From: Eledone cirrhosa
Lineage: Eukaryota
Direction: 5' to 3'
NCBI GenBank assembly: GCA_964016885.1
Contig: OZ024744.1
Coordinates: 78,616,001-78,680,000, forward strand
Length of the DNA stretch: 64,000 nt
Position numbers and translations under genes: made by a program
Notes under the pieces: generated by a model
The model's database searches: none
Seen by the model: the letters and a program-made list of their open reading frames with translations, nothing else
What the model was told of the DNA's origin: nothing
Shown: in pieces, positions 11,401 through 22,779 of the stretch
Layout: every line of letters starts with the position of its first letter
Numbering within the stretch: the stretch's first letter is position 1

Positions 11401-14400
11401 CTTTTTGTCGTGACACCTACACAACCACAGTTACAGTGTGTATTGGGTGCTTTTTGTCATGACACGTACACGACCACTTTACTGTGTGGACTGGGTGCTT
11501 TTTGTCGTGACACCTACACAACCACAGTTACAGTGTGTATTGGGTGCTTTTTGTCATGACACGTACACGACCACTTTACTGTGTGGACTGGGTGCTTTTT
11601 GTCGTGACACCTACATGACCACAGTTTAGTGTTGTAGTGTTAAGTGTAGTGTACCCCAGTTTAGTGTTGTAGTGTCAAGTATAGTGTACCCCAGTTTAGT
11701 GTTGTAGTGTCAAGTATAGTGTACCCCAGTTTAGTGTTGTAGTGCCAACAGTGTAGTGTACCCCAGTTTATGTTGTAGTGCCAACAGTGTAGTGTACCCC
11801 AGTTTAGTGCTGTACTGTCAACGCAGTGTAGTGTACTCCACCCCCAACATGGTGTAGTGTGTTCCAGTCATTTCAGCAGTAAATATTTTTTGCCTGATGC
11901 CTTGTTGAAGCATCTTGTTTTTACTTGTTGAATAACTGCTTATCACCAATGTCACTGTTATGGACAGTAAGAAAATATTGTACTGGCTGAGGGATTAGAG
12001 TGGTGGGCTCGCGTCGTAATGTTGTGAATTTGATTCCTTGACTGGGCTGCATATTGTCCTTGAGCAATACACTATATTTCATGTTACTCCAGTTCACACA
12101 ACTGACAAAAATGAGTTGTACCTGTAATTCAAGGAGTCAGTCTTGTTGCACATACTTTGTGCTGAATCTCCCTGAGAACTGCATTAAAGGTGCACCTGCT
12201 TAACCATTCACTCATTAATTTCTTGAGCCAACGTGTTTCACTGCTCTATTTTGGACTATGGGGCTGTGTAAATTGACATCTGGTAGGAACTCAAATTTTT
12301 TTCCTTCATTTGCCATCCTAATTACTGAGGGTTGGAGGCTATGGACAATTGCACCAATACTCTTCACTAGCTCTTCTCCCTTCCCATGTCCATGTACTCC
12401 ACCAGCAGTTTTCCTGTCCATTCCCTGATATCATAATTCCAGCATCTCTTTAGTCTTCCTCTCAATCTTCTGCCATCAATGAATCCGTGCAGGATGCAGG
12501 TAGTGAGGTTCTGGTTCCTGATGTCATGACCAAAGTATTGGAACTTTTGCTTCCTTATGGTCGTGACCATTTCCCTCTCTGTGACCCAACTCCTCCAGGA
12601 TCGGCTCGTTAGTTTTGCAATCTATTCAACACACTTGTAACATGTTTCAAACATCATTTCTTAGGAGTCACTCCACATAGAGCTGCGACTTCTCCAAATT
12701 GAGAGATCACAGCTCCGATACTATGGATTTGTGGTTCGAATGTCTCAAGAAAGAATTGCTGCATGCAAAACCAACCAGCAAAAGACCCAGGCGTAGACCC
12801 CAGGCAAGATGGTTGGATTAACATCCATAAGCTTGGCTGGTCTCATTTGGGGATCCAGCCGAATCAGTTGGAGACAGTTGCTACTAACAGGACCTGCTGG
12901 AAGGAGTGTTTGAGGACTCTGCCCCCACAACCCTCTCAGGAATAAGTGGGTGAAGAAGGTTTCACAGCCATGTAGTGCCACTGGCCAAACTAGGTGTCTT
13001 TAGAAGCTTCAAGTTTTGTGGAGACCTAAATGTAGATCTCACTGCCTCTAGTCAAGTCCTGATCTTGTGACTACAATTCTATGTTTCAGCTATAAATTGT
13101 TCTGCTTGAGCTAGCATGACTCCTTAACATTGAATGCCCAGCTGCACCAGCTCCTTTGTAGCTGTCATGACTCATTTGTTTCCCTAGTGGCTGCTATGGC
13201 ACTTGTCTACCATGTGTTGATCTCAAATTAGTACTCACCAGATCCCTTTTCTACCTCATCAAGCAGTCTTTGGAGTGTCTCTATTGATATTGTTATCAGA
13301 ACAATTTCTTCAACAAAGTTCTTCTTGTGTCCACAAGAGTGTCAGTTACAAAGCTTGGCTAGATGTGGTTCTGCTGCAGATGAACACATTGCTGACCCTT
13401 TCTTGTTAAACTCTGCCAAGTCCAATGCTGTGCAGGAGACATATCAGGAGGTGCTGTGTAGTCTGTGGTTCAATGCTGCAGTCACACACAATGTCCCCCT
13501 CCTTTAAATATCCCCATTTTGCAAGTCTAACACCAGATCTTTGTCTGTTTAGGCATTTCCACACTGCATAGTTTGTATCTGCTCCAGGATGAAGTGCCTT
13601 GCTCGCCTTTAGCGCCATTGCTGTTACAAAGTGAAGTTTGGTGAGATTTTGGCTACCAATAGTTACTCTTATCCAGGATATTTCATCTGCTTATTGACAC
13701 ATGGCTGACATGAGGCAGCCATACATGATGTTTATGTACTTTCCTTGATGTCATCACTCTAGCATCATACTTTTCCAGGTGGTAAACCACTCTGTCAAAT
13801 AGCTTTCTACATATTAGATGTTACATGAATCAATAGCAACAATACCTGTGATGTAGTGGCTTGATTATCTCTCATCTTACTACGTAAGTGACTGAACATG
13901 AGATATTACTCAGTACACAACAGTGTGTGTGTGTGCGCGCGCACGTTGCATTACGTTGCGTGCTGCAGCCAGACACCTGCCAACCTCTAAAAAACCCAAA
14001 TGAAATTTTACATAATTAGAGCTATACCCATTTCCACAAGAGAAGACATGCCCCCCCCCCCCCCCCCAAAAAAAAGAAATTTGGTGGGAGATCTCCCTGC
14101 CTGACAGGGAGAGTTGACGGGCCTGTGGAGATCTCTCTGTCCGACAGGGTGAGTTGACGAGTCAGTTGAGTTGAACTTATACATTAAGAAAAAAAATGCA
14201 TTTTTAAAACTTTAAATTTTTTAATTTTTTACCAATATTAGGTCACAGAAACCTATTAAATCTTTTACTTTTGAATCTATTTATAATGTCCTTAATAATT
14301 GACATTCTATACTGGCAGCAACTGGTTTTACCATTTTAGAGATTATCAACATGGATGTTTGTGTGGTTTTATTCTTATACCTGTTTCTGTCACTAGATGG

Positions 14401-17400
14401 CGTCACCTTATTTTTGTAAAAACATATCCAATACATCCCCATCACTTCATGTTTACTTTACATATGGCCATGGTTGGGTTGTCACAGTTCATTCCCTTAT
14501 TTGGCATTATTGGTCTCCTAGATGAGTTGGAGGGCTACATCTCATTTGTACCTTCCATTTTTGACATGGTTTCTACGGCTGGATACTCTTCTTAATGCCA
14601 ACCACGTTACAGTGTGTAGTGGGTGTATTTTATTGTGACACCAGTACTAGAGAAGTTATGTCTTCAGCAGGACTGTCTACTCTGTGTGGGGCTTGAGCCT
14701 TGTTGGAAGTGTAGGGGCCAGTGAGGATGGGACCAGAGGGCCTTGCTGGAAATTATATATAAATTAAGTATAAATAAATATATATTTTTCATTTTACTAT
14801 ATTTATATATATGTATTATTTGATATTTAATATATTATTATATCTCTACTGCCCCCTTGGACCTTCTTGATGCCCCTTTGAGAACCTCTGTGATAGAGGG
14901 TCACTATAGCTGTGGTACCAAGTCTCTCCATAGGGAAAATAGGGATGTTTAACATGTTTGTAAGAAAGTAGATGGGATGCTGTTTACTGTAGTAGACTGG
15001 GGATAAATATAAAAATCAATCTCTAATTTATAAATGTGCTGGTAAAAACTATAATTATTTTATATTTCAGTCTGCAAAACCTGATTTAATCCATCTCTAT
15101 ATTACTCAACTGGTGGGAGGAGTTACACTTGGCAATATTTGGTTATCTTGGTACAGTACAAGCTTTTATCTAGAAAGAGACATAAGAGGTGTATTACTTA
15201 GTCGTTTTTTTGTAAGTTATATTTTAATTCTTTTTCTACTGAAAAAATTTACATTTTATAAATCAAATTCATATAAATCTACTACTTATTTATATTATCT
15301 CTGTAATAATTCATGGTGTGTGTTGAGATTTCTAAAGTGTGTGTGTGTGTGTGTTTTCACTGTTATCTATATATAAATTTGAGCAACTTCTATCCGTCCA
15401 TCCTTCAATCACACACTAGAGGTGACTGACAAAGGAAGGGATGATTGAGGAAGGAAGGAAGAGGCGATGATGTCACACACTAGAGATGCCTGAGGAAGGA
15501 AGGAATGATGACAAACTACAGAAAACATCACCTAACATTCACTACATTTGTGTATATGTGTGTTTGTGTGAATGTATGTGTGTATTTTTGTAATATTCTA
15601 GTATCTTATAATAATAATAATGAAATTATTGTGTACAGTGCTCAGGTGCACTACAACTCATCAAAGGTGCATGTATAGTACATAGAATAATGTACAAATG
15701 TCAGGAAAATGAACAGTGTATGAGTCATGATATAATAATAACAATAATGAAATATTGTGTACAGTGCCCAGGTGCACCACAACTCATCAAAAAAGTGCAT
15801 GTACAGTACATAGGGCAATGCACAAACATCAGTAAAATGAACAGTGCACGAGTCATGATACACACGTGTGCATGTGTATGGAAGGGGTACATCAGGTGTA
15901 GTTTTGGCGTATTTCGGGAAGCATGAGTGTCTTAAAGGATGCAATGTCTCGGCAGCTAACAACTGACGCAGGCAGTTTGTTCCATGCTTCAGCAACTCTG
16001 AGCGTGAAAAAATGTCTACGAAAGTCATGGGAGCTGTGCTGTTTTCTGATCTTGTAGGCATGTCCACGTGTGTTAGACACATGGAGATCAAAGAGGCGCT
16101 CAGGGTTGCAATTGGCGAGATGGTTAAAAACTTTGTGGGTATTCACCAAGTCCATTGCCAGACATCGGAGCTTCAATGAATCCATGCCCAGGGAAGCAAG
16201 GCGTTCAGAGTATGGTAGGTGTCTGATGGAGGGTATGCGCTTGGTTGCACGTCTCTATTACCGCTCCTCAATTTGTATTTAATAGACATTCACTTCTCTG
16301 CATATGTACAGGCTATTAGGTGATTACAATAATAATTTTAGCCTGGGCATTGTGGATATAAAGTACCTTTGCTTGCTTGAACAGATGAGAGAAAACTAAT
16401 TTAATATTGAGCCATTCATATTCTGTAGGTGCCATGACTGTTTCGTATATGATCATCATCACCGTTTAATGTCCATTTTTTTCCGCGCTGGCATGGGTTA
16501 GTTAGCCTGTTGTGAGCAATGCTAGGTCAGGTAACCATATTTTGCTCATACAGAACTGATTTTGGCTTGATTTCTACAACCTTTCCAAGTTCCAACTATA
16601 TTGACAGTGAGTACTGGTTGCTTTTTGTCATGACACCTACACAATCACTTTACAGTGTGGACTGGGTGCTCTTTGTCATGACACCTACATGACCACTTTA
16701 CAGTGTGGAGTGGGTGCTTTTTGTCGTGTCACCCACACGACCACTTTACAGTGTGGACTGGGTGCTCTTTGTCGTGGTACCTACATGACCACTTTATAGT
16801 GTGGGCTGGATGCTTTTTATCATGATACCTACATGACCACTTTACAGTGAGTACTGGGTACTTTTTGTGATGACACCTACATGACTACTTTATAGTGTGG
16901 GCAGTGCTTTTTGTCATGACACCTACACAACTTCAGTGTGGAGTGGGTGCTTTTTGTCGTGTCACTTACCCGACCACTTTACAGTGTGGGCTGGGTGCCT
17001 TTTGTCATTACACCTACATGACCACTCTACAGTAGGACGCTTTTTGCTGTGTTGCCACCACATATAGTTTGTTGTAATTGCTATACTAACAGAAAGATTA
17101 TTAGAGCTTTCATTGACCCAGTGGCCATCTTGTGGAGATAACACTAGTGAATTGAGTATATATATTCAGTAGGCACCTCTAACAAAATACACCCCCGTCC
17201 CACTACCCCCACCCCATCCACACCACCCCTTTCAATGTAAAGTTATGTTGGTACAACAACATCCATTCCAAAACGAGGTCGTGTAGGTGTCACGACAAAA
17301 AAACACACAGTCCACGCTGTAATGTGGCCGTGTAGGTAACACGGTAACCTCCCAGTCCACACTGTAAACGTGGTTGGTGTTAGGAAGAGCATCCAGCCGT

Positions 17401-19165
17401 AGAAAACCTGCCAGACAGTCCTATGCGAGCAAGACAACCACTCTTGCGTCGTGGGAAAACTCCCGTCCAAACCCATGCAACCGTGGAAGATGGACGTTAA
17501 ACGATGATGATGATGATGAGATATATATATATATATCATGAGAGATGACTGAAAGCTGGTTAGAATATGATTGTTATACAATTTGAAGTATTATTAGTTA
17601 CAACATAAGTCATCTTGTGCAGTTAATGTTAGTAATTTGACAGATATTTATAGGTGTTTAGTATAAGGTCTGGTTTTTATTTTACTTTTACTTCACAGTT
17701 GTATAAAAAGAAATTATAATAATACAATGGCTACAGAACAAAAGCACAAACAAATTACATATGTGTCAAAACCATGTATAATGACACAAAAATATAAAAT
17801 CATGAACAAAAATGATAAAGGAAAGAAGAAAAAAGGGGGAGAGGGCAATTCACCACCAAGTGTGACAATCTGTGCTAGCTGATCTAATAAAATGAAATGG
17901 TTAGATCTAAATTAGGGATCAGTTGGTGCTCCAAAGTACCAGAAAAAAAGGTAATGAAATATTGCACAGTTAATGGGTAGTATATCTATTTTTTGTTCAC
18001 ATTGTAGAAGGATTTTATTAACTTTCATAAATTGGTTAGATATGTCTAATCATTATTGAATTTACATGTTTGCAGTATAGCAGCAGCCTTCTATATTGTA
18101 AGAAATTTTAACTAGATTTTAATATCTGCTTATTGTTCCTTGTAAATGTGTTGATGCACACCAAGTATTATATTTTATCATTGGCTCTTAAGTACTAGGC
18201 CTTCTCTATTCTTGTTCAGTTTGAATTATCATAAACGAAACTCAATTGCTCAAATATATTCATGGCATTTACATCAATCAACATTGGAGAAATTGGTGAT
18301 TCTCTCAACATTTTACAGCCATTTTTTTTCATTGCTGGCATTTATTGACCAAGTTTGTCGTACATAAACTTTCATCTTTTTGAACTCCTTGGTCTATAAA
18401 GAACACCTATGCTCGATCTGGCTTCACAGATTGAACTTAGTTTTTGGAATTATAAGATACTAGAATTTTTATCAACATGCTGCTGTGTATGTGTGCGTGT
18501 GTGTATGCGCATATGTATACATTTATATGTATGAGTATATAAATATAAACGTGCAAAAACAGACACACTTACAAAAATACTCACTCAAACATACATTCAC
18601 ACAAATACACATACTCGCACACAGCGTAGCAAATGGAACACCAGTCGCTGTTTTGCTATAGTTTTTCACCATCCCCTTCCTTTTTTTACACACATACATT
18701 GACGCAAACACACACACACACCTATATTTACACATACACTCAAACACAGCATAGCAAATGGAACGCCAGCCGCTGTTTTGCTATAGTTTTTACACCATCT
18801 CCTTCCTTCCTTTAACACACATATATACATTTACACAAACACATTGTGTGGCAGACAGAAGTCACTCAAATTTATATATAGATTCTTCTTATAATAATCA
18901 ACTGTTGCAACAAACTTTATATATTTCATTCTTATCTGAATCTATTTAAATGTTCTCCAAAATTAATATTCACTTTTCTTTCTCTCTTCAGATAACAATA
19001 ATTATTGGTGCTGTGATAACCCATAGTCACTTTTCAATTGGATATCCCAAACTGGCGAATATATGGCTGCTGTTTACTTGGTTTCTTTCACTTTGCCTTG
19101 CCTGTACTGGTCTTATTTTGATAGCTTCGCGACGAAAATTTCCACTAAAGAGAAAAGCTGATTGA
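5234..19165 (+). CDS. Spliced gene, 5'-partial: uncharacterised multi-pass membrane protein with two TP53I11/PIG11-like halves; join(5234-5383,6849-6917,8646-8840,15071-15211,18992-19165), 242 aa
   Basis: Five exons with canonical pyrimidine-tract AG acceptors and GTGAGT/GTAAGT donors. All lengths are multiples of 3 (150, 69, 195, 141, 174) and join into one stop-free hydrophobic ORF ending RRKFPLKRKAD*. Family similarity is judged by eye. Confidence 0.88.
5645..5823 (+). mobile_element. piggyBac-type MITE (truncated copy)
   Basis: Shares body and the ...aaagggTTAA end with copies at 7314, 10195 and 34169. Confidence 0.65.
6077..6710 (+). mobile_element. CR1-like LINE 3' end containing an internal 5x61-bp tandem array (6220-6524)
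   Basis: Translates to NTR(E/G)H...HFFTLRVAEA(C/W)NKLPASVV, the CR1 ORF2 C-terminus. 3' UTR ends in an (ATT)n-like tail. Confidence 0.85.
6849..6917 (+). CDS. Coding exon B (GLKIQIVTLVYHALFIMDKFTVF)
   Basis: Long pyrimidine tract plus ttacag acceptor, gtaagt donor, 23 codons. Confidence 0.85.
7314..7542 (+). mobile_element. piggyBac-type MITE (~225 bp)
   Basis: TTAA-cactttagcattta ... taaatggtaaaggg-TTAA: terminal inverted repeats with a TTAA target site. Confidence 0.75.
7715..8100 (-). mobile_element. RTE-like LINE 3' fragment (same family as 25180-27030 and 12660-12960)
   Basis: Nucleotide similarity to 25190-25590. Confidence 0.75.
8320..8591. repeat. (CT)n-type microsatellite upstream of the exon C acceptor
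   Basis: Directly visible; explains the SLSLSL/RERERE ORFs. Confidence 0.95.
8646..8840 (+). CDS. Coding exon C (FLYFVLGSFCLWLMATLVHLLKKRPKLGHYEPENILTWVIRTEFFVTFLSGLAYMAFPHFLTTLF)
   Basis: Poly-T aacag acceptor, gtaagt donor, 65 codons; a paralogous copy exists at 32941-33109. Confidence 0.9.
8976..9315 (+). mobile_element. Tc1/mariner (pogo/Tigger-like) MITE
   Basis: cagtagcccctg...caggggtacactgTA termini; same family at about 10872-11170 and 36037-36420. Confidence 0.7.
9800..9972. mobile_element. Short mariner/pogo-like MITE
   Basis: TAccgtatttcccggtgccgaagac ... gtcttcgatgtcggggaaatatagTA inverted termini. Confidence 0.7.
10195..10421 (+). mobile_element. piggyBac-type MITE
   Basis: TTAAcccttta ... 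taaagggTTAA termini. Confidence 0.75.
11172..11845. repeat. Minisatellites: 48/49-bp units (97-bp dimer) to ~11627, then ~34-36-bp units to ~11845
   Basis: Units gacacctacacaaccacatttacagtgtgtattgggtactttttgtcat and cccagtttagtgttgtagtgtcaagtatagtgtac. Confidence 0.9.
12310..12600 (-). mobile_element. RTE LINE 3' fragment
   Basis: ORF contains QYFGHDIR...ILHGFIDGRRLRGRLKRCW, the RTE ORF C-terminus. Confidence 0.8.
13380..13700 (-). mobile_element. Non-LTR retrotransposon ORF2 C-terminal zinc-knuckle fragment
   Basis: WKCLNRQRSG...KWGY...CDC...QTTQHLLIC (CCHC-like motif). Confidence 0.7.
14232..14664 (+). repeat. ~430-bp segment with an inverted copy at about 24757-25137
   Basis: Both copies give the same spurious ORF start MTFYTGSNWFYHFR on opposite strands; they align end to end with small indels. 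Confidence 0.9.
15071..15211 (+). CDS. Coding exon D (SAKPDLIHLYITQLVGGVTLGNIWLSWYSTSFYLERDIRGVLLSRFF)
   Basis: tttcag acceptor, gtaagt donor, 47 codons. Confidence 0.9.
15609..16255 (-). mobile_element. CR1-like LINE 3' end with tandemly duplicated 3' UTR/tail
   Basis: ORF 15892-16185 has NTRGHAYKI...FFTLRVAEAWNKLP. The terminal ~125 bp occur twice (15609-15730 and 15733-15860). Confidence 0.88.
16450..17035 (-). repeat. SINE family B tail with ~9 tandem 48-bp units
   Basis: catcatc...gtttaatgtcc tail followed by repeats of gacacctacatgaccactttacagtgtggactgggtgctttttgtc. Confidence 0.85.
18992..19165 (+). CDS. Terminal coding exon E (ITIIIGAVITHSHFSIGYPKLANIWLLFTWFLSLCLACTGLILIASRRKFPLKRKAD*)
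   Basis: cttttctttctctcttcag acceptor, TGA stop, C-terminal KxKxx motif. Confidence 0.9.
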   Translation: MTIIIGAVITHSHFSIGYPKLANIWLLFTWFLSLCLACTGLILIASRRKFPLKRKAD

Positions 19166-19900
19166 ATACTGTGTCAAATACTCCATTTTGCAACTGCTAT
19201 GCAAAGAATTGTCATACATCTATGTCTGACGCTAATATATTTTTTCAAAATTTCTTTGTAAAATTATTTTTGAAAGAGTCTCCCCTCTCCTATTATATTG
19301 AAATAAAATTACTATAAATTAATAGGATTACTATAAACAGTATCAATAATCTGACATAATTAGATATTAAAGATATTTACACAAGTTCTAGATTAGATTT
19401 TGCTGTTATCTGCTGATTAGTTAAGCAGCTTAATATATTAATTACTCAATTTTTAACATATAGAACCAAGCAGTTGGCTTTTTTTTTTTTTTTTTTTTTT
19501 TTTTGTCACTCTCTAATAGCTAATATCATGATTGTGTTTTCTAATCGATCATTGAATCCATAATAGCTTCAAAGGAACGAGGTAAACCACTGATATCCGT
19601 CCCCCAATGTAATTGGAACTATGATGCAGCAACTAATTTTGAAAGAATTGTTTTTCTTGTTCAGTTATAGTTTTGATTGTCTCCCTTTCCTTTGGTCTTG
19701 TTCGCCAGTGTTGTTACCTCTCACTAATAAATTGAATAGTCACGTTTAAGAAAAGAAAAGTTTAGTGTATGTGTTATTTTTTTTCTTACCCCACCCCCTC
19801 TCCTTTAATATAAAACTAACGAACTAGAAGTATAACATAATTTAAATTTGAAATATTTCAGTAGGTTTATTTAGATAGCCTATATATAAAAAATATATAT

Positions 19901-20037
19901 ATTTATGTTCATACACAGAACGTGTACAAGCGCCTGAAGAAAAGTCACAAATTTGATGCTTCTTGTATTCTGGAGGTATGGTAAATATTGGGCCTTGAAA
20001 CCTCGGGTAGCACTTTCTTACGTGTATGAACATGAAT
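19901..20037 (+). ncRNA. Type I hammerhead ribozyme fold, sense to the gene, downstream of the stop codon
   Basis: aagcgc-CTGAAGA(19934-40)-stem II-GAAA(19997-20000)-cc-tcg-gg-TA-gcactt, giving a GUA triplet at 20007-09. A distal 16-bp helix pairs atttatgttcatacac (19901-16) with gtgtatgaacatgaat (20022-37). Confidence 0.7.
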
Positions 20038-22104
20038 AAATAATATATTATTTCTGCTCTCTTCCCAATTGAGCACTGTTTTCCTTTTTCACAGGTATGG
20101 ATATAGCTACATAAACATACATAATTGCACACACATCTATGTGTATATATATATATATATGGGTATTAGTACAGTCTTGACACCTCACTGAACTGATTTG
20201 TTCTTTGTTTGATAGCCAACTTCTGCTTCCCCTTTACTCTCACATAATCCACATGACTTTTGTGGTTGCTACATTTACTAAATGCAGTTGCCAAATTTTG
20301 TAAGGATTAAGTCACCTCATTTCCTTGGGACACCCACAGATATGAGACAGCACATGAAGATAAGATAAAGCAAAAAATTAACCAGAGTTCTATGTGCAGC
20401 CTTTTAAATGTTATACATAATTATGTCATTCCTTGTTGAACAACTGTAGTAGACTTTATCTTCAGCTCTTAAATAAATATTATCCTTCACTAAGATTTAT
20501 ACCACAATTTTTGCATTGGTGATAACCCAGGAAATCTCAGGTGTTTTACATCAGCTTTTTTTTTCAAATCCTGAAACATACTCCAATCTGAAGTAGTGAT
20601 ATTTATTTAAATAATTCTCATCTTATTTGGGGAGCCTCCTTTATCATTAGCATTTCTTATTTTAAAATTATCTTACTTTGAAGTTCATATTTTCTCAATG
20701 CATGTCTATCATATGTGGGTTGCAAGCTGGAGCAAAAGTGTAAAAGATGAAATTATTTTGGTGAAAAACGAAACTGTTACATGAACTACAAAAATGTAAT
20801 AGTCCCTAAAAATGTCAAGATGTACATTTGGCCCATAATTTCGACAGTTTACACATCTGCCACTAAATGTTCATAGAAATTATGGTAGATTTTTTTTTTT
20901 CTTTTGTGAAAGGAACATAACTGTTTACTTTCATTGTTTTCATTACTCTTGGTTCCAAGTTTGTTGTTCTAAATTTCATCCTGTTCTCACCATGACTAAC
21001 CTGATTAAATACAAATATTAATAATGATTGATCTCATTCATGTTCAGAATTTAAAAAAAAAAAAAAAAAAAAAATTGCATCATTCCAGTTGTGAACTGGA
21101 ATGGACTGTTTGTGAACTGTTGAATATATTTGAATTAATTATTAAGATGGTATTAGTAATATAGCTTAACAAAAGTAACTTTTAACTGCTTAAAGGTTTT
21201 AATTTAAATAGAAATCCTGTAAAATGGCTGCTTTTGTTTCATAGAACCAGAGACTGTTTTGTGTGGGTTGCTATCAAATGAGTTAACAAAAATACTTTAG
21301 AGATACACCACTTTCACTGAAAGAAACCACATAAGTTAGACATATATAAAACATACATAGTGGACTTGTAACTTTTTAGGAGATATGACTATTCAAATTA
21401 TTAGCAACATCTGTTCAAATGAAGTTATTGTGCTTGCCACCTTATGTTTTTTAGCACTGTGGATGCAGGCATGGCTGAGTGATTAAGAAGTTCGCTTTGT
21501 AATCATACAGTCTGGGGTCCAATCCTGTTGCATGGCATCTTGGGCAAGTATCATTTACAACAGCCTCAAGTCGACCCATGACTTGTGAGTGAAATTGGGT
21601 AGGCAAAAGTTGCGTAGAACCCCGTCAAATGGATTGAACCTGTAATTCAAAGGGTCCAGCCTTATATTTTCATGCTGATTTTACGTGAGAAATAATTTAA
21701 AGGTGCATGTCTGCAAAAATACTCATTAAATCATAAGTTGGACAGTCAGTTGATCAAACAACTGAATGAATGCTCAGTGTAAAAACCAAGGGAAGATAAA
21801 TCATGTTAGCATTTCATTGAATTTAACAGAGATATGTTGAATTTGTTGACATTTTTAGGAAGGGTTTGATGGATTTTTACTCCCACACACCTTTTTGTTT
21901 TCTTTCTTTCTTTGCAATGCAGTTTTCTACAATATATCACAAGATAACTTTGGCTTTGTATTATTTTTTTACAATACTTTTTTTTTTTTTTTTTTTTTTT
22001 TGTAATATTTTTGTAATATTTTTGTTTCATGAATAAAGACAGAAGCTTAGATTTTTAAGCTTTTGAATTTACAATATGAATTTCAGTTACATTTTTAATT
22101 ATTA

Positions 22105-22428
22105 TCTATATATATAAAACTGAGGATGTCTGTGTGTGAGTTTGAATCCCTAAAACTAGAGAAGCACCCAACCGACTGTTTTCAAACTTTACACATGTAA
22201 TACCGGTTATTCTGCCACCCTTGCTCAAGACAAATCTCACTCATTCCCCAAACAGTTGGTAAGTGCACACAACTTCTTCCTCACGTTTTAAGCCACAGTG
22301 GTGCTTACTTACATACCACCAGACACTTACTTCTTTGCCAGCCGTGGTTGTGGCAATACTAAGCTTAGTTAAAGCGGTTATATATTTCACAATACTTTAT
22401 CCCGTGCAACGCTGGGTACCACTGCTAG
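22105..22428 (+). mobile_element. Non-autonomous Helitron
   Basis: 5' A|TCTATATATATAAAA start; 3' GC hairpin cccgtgcaacgctggg followed by CTAG; no TSD. Confidence 0.7.
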
Positions 22429-22779
22429 CTCACTGTTTTTCTTGTTTGAGGATTGATAATACTATTTTAGTGTTGCATTGCAGCATTCAGTTAGACATTT
22501 TTATTTTCATATGAATATGAAGTGATAGTGCTGATGCCACAACAAAACTCACCTAGTTCACCCTGTAAGGTGACAGTGTGAGCGTCATGACAAAAAGCTT
22601 CCAGTACACACTGAAAAGTAGTTGACATTAGGAAGAGCATCTAGCTGTAGTAAACAAACCCAAAACAGAACATTTTAGCAAAATAATGTCAAACCCATGC
22701 AAGAATGGAAATTAAACAACCTTTTCGTTATTCTATTTCTAAAGAAAATACTTGATTTTAAATAATTAATAAACAATTT

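Noticed and set aside
14299-14595. Duplicated 98-100 aa ORF (also 24784-25086) as a gene pair
   Set aside because: The copies differ by frame-disrupting indels, end in SINE sequence and start at TTG; the shared ORF reflects the DNA duplication only.
19919-19975. Additional small coding exon (NVYKRLKKSHKFDASCILE, gtatgg donor)
   Set aside because: It lies after the stop codon, has no pyrimidine tract, and is better explained as the hammerhead-containing repeat.
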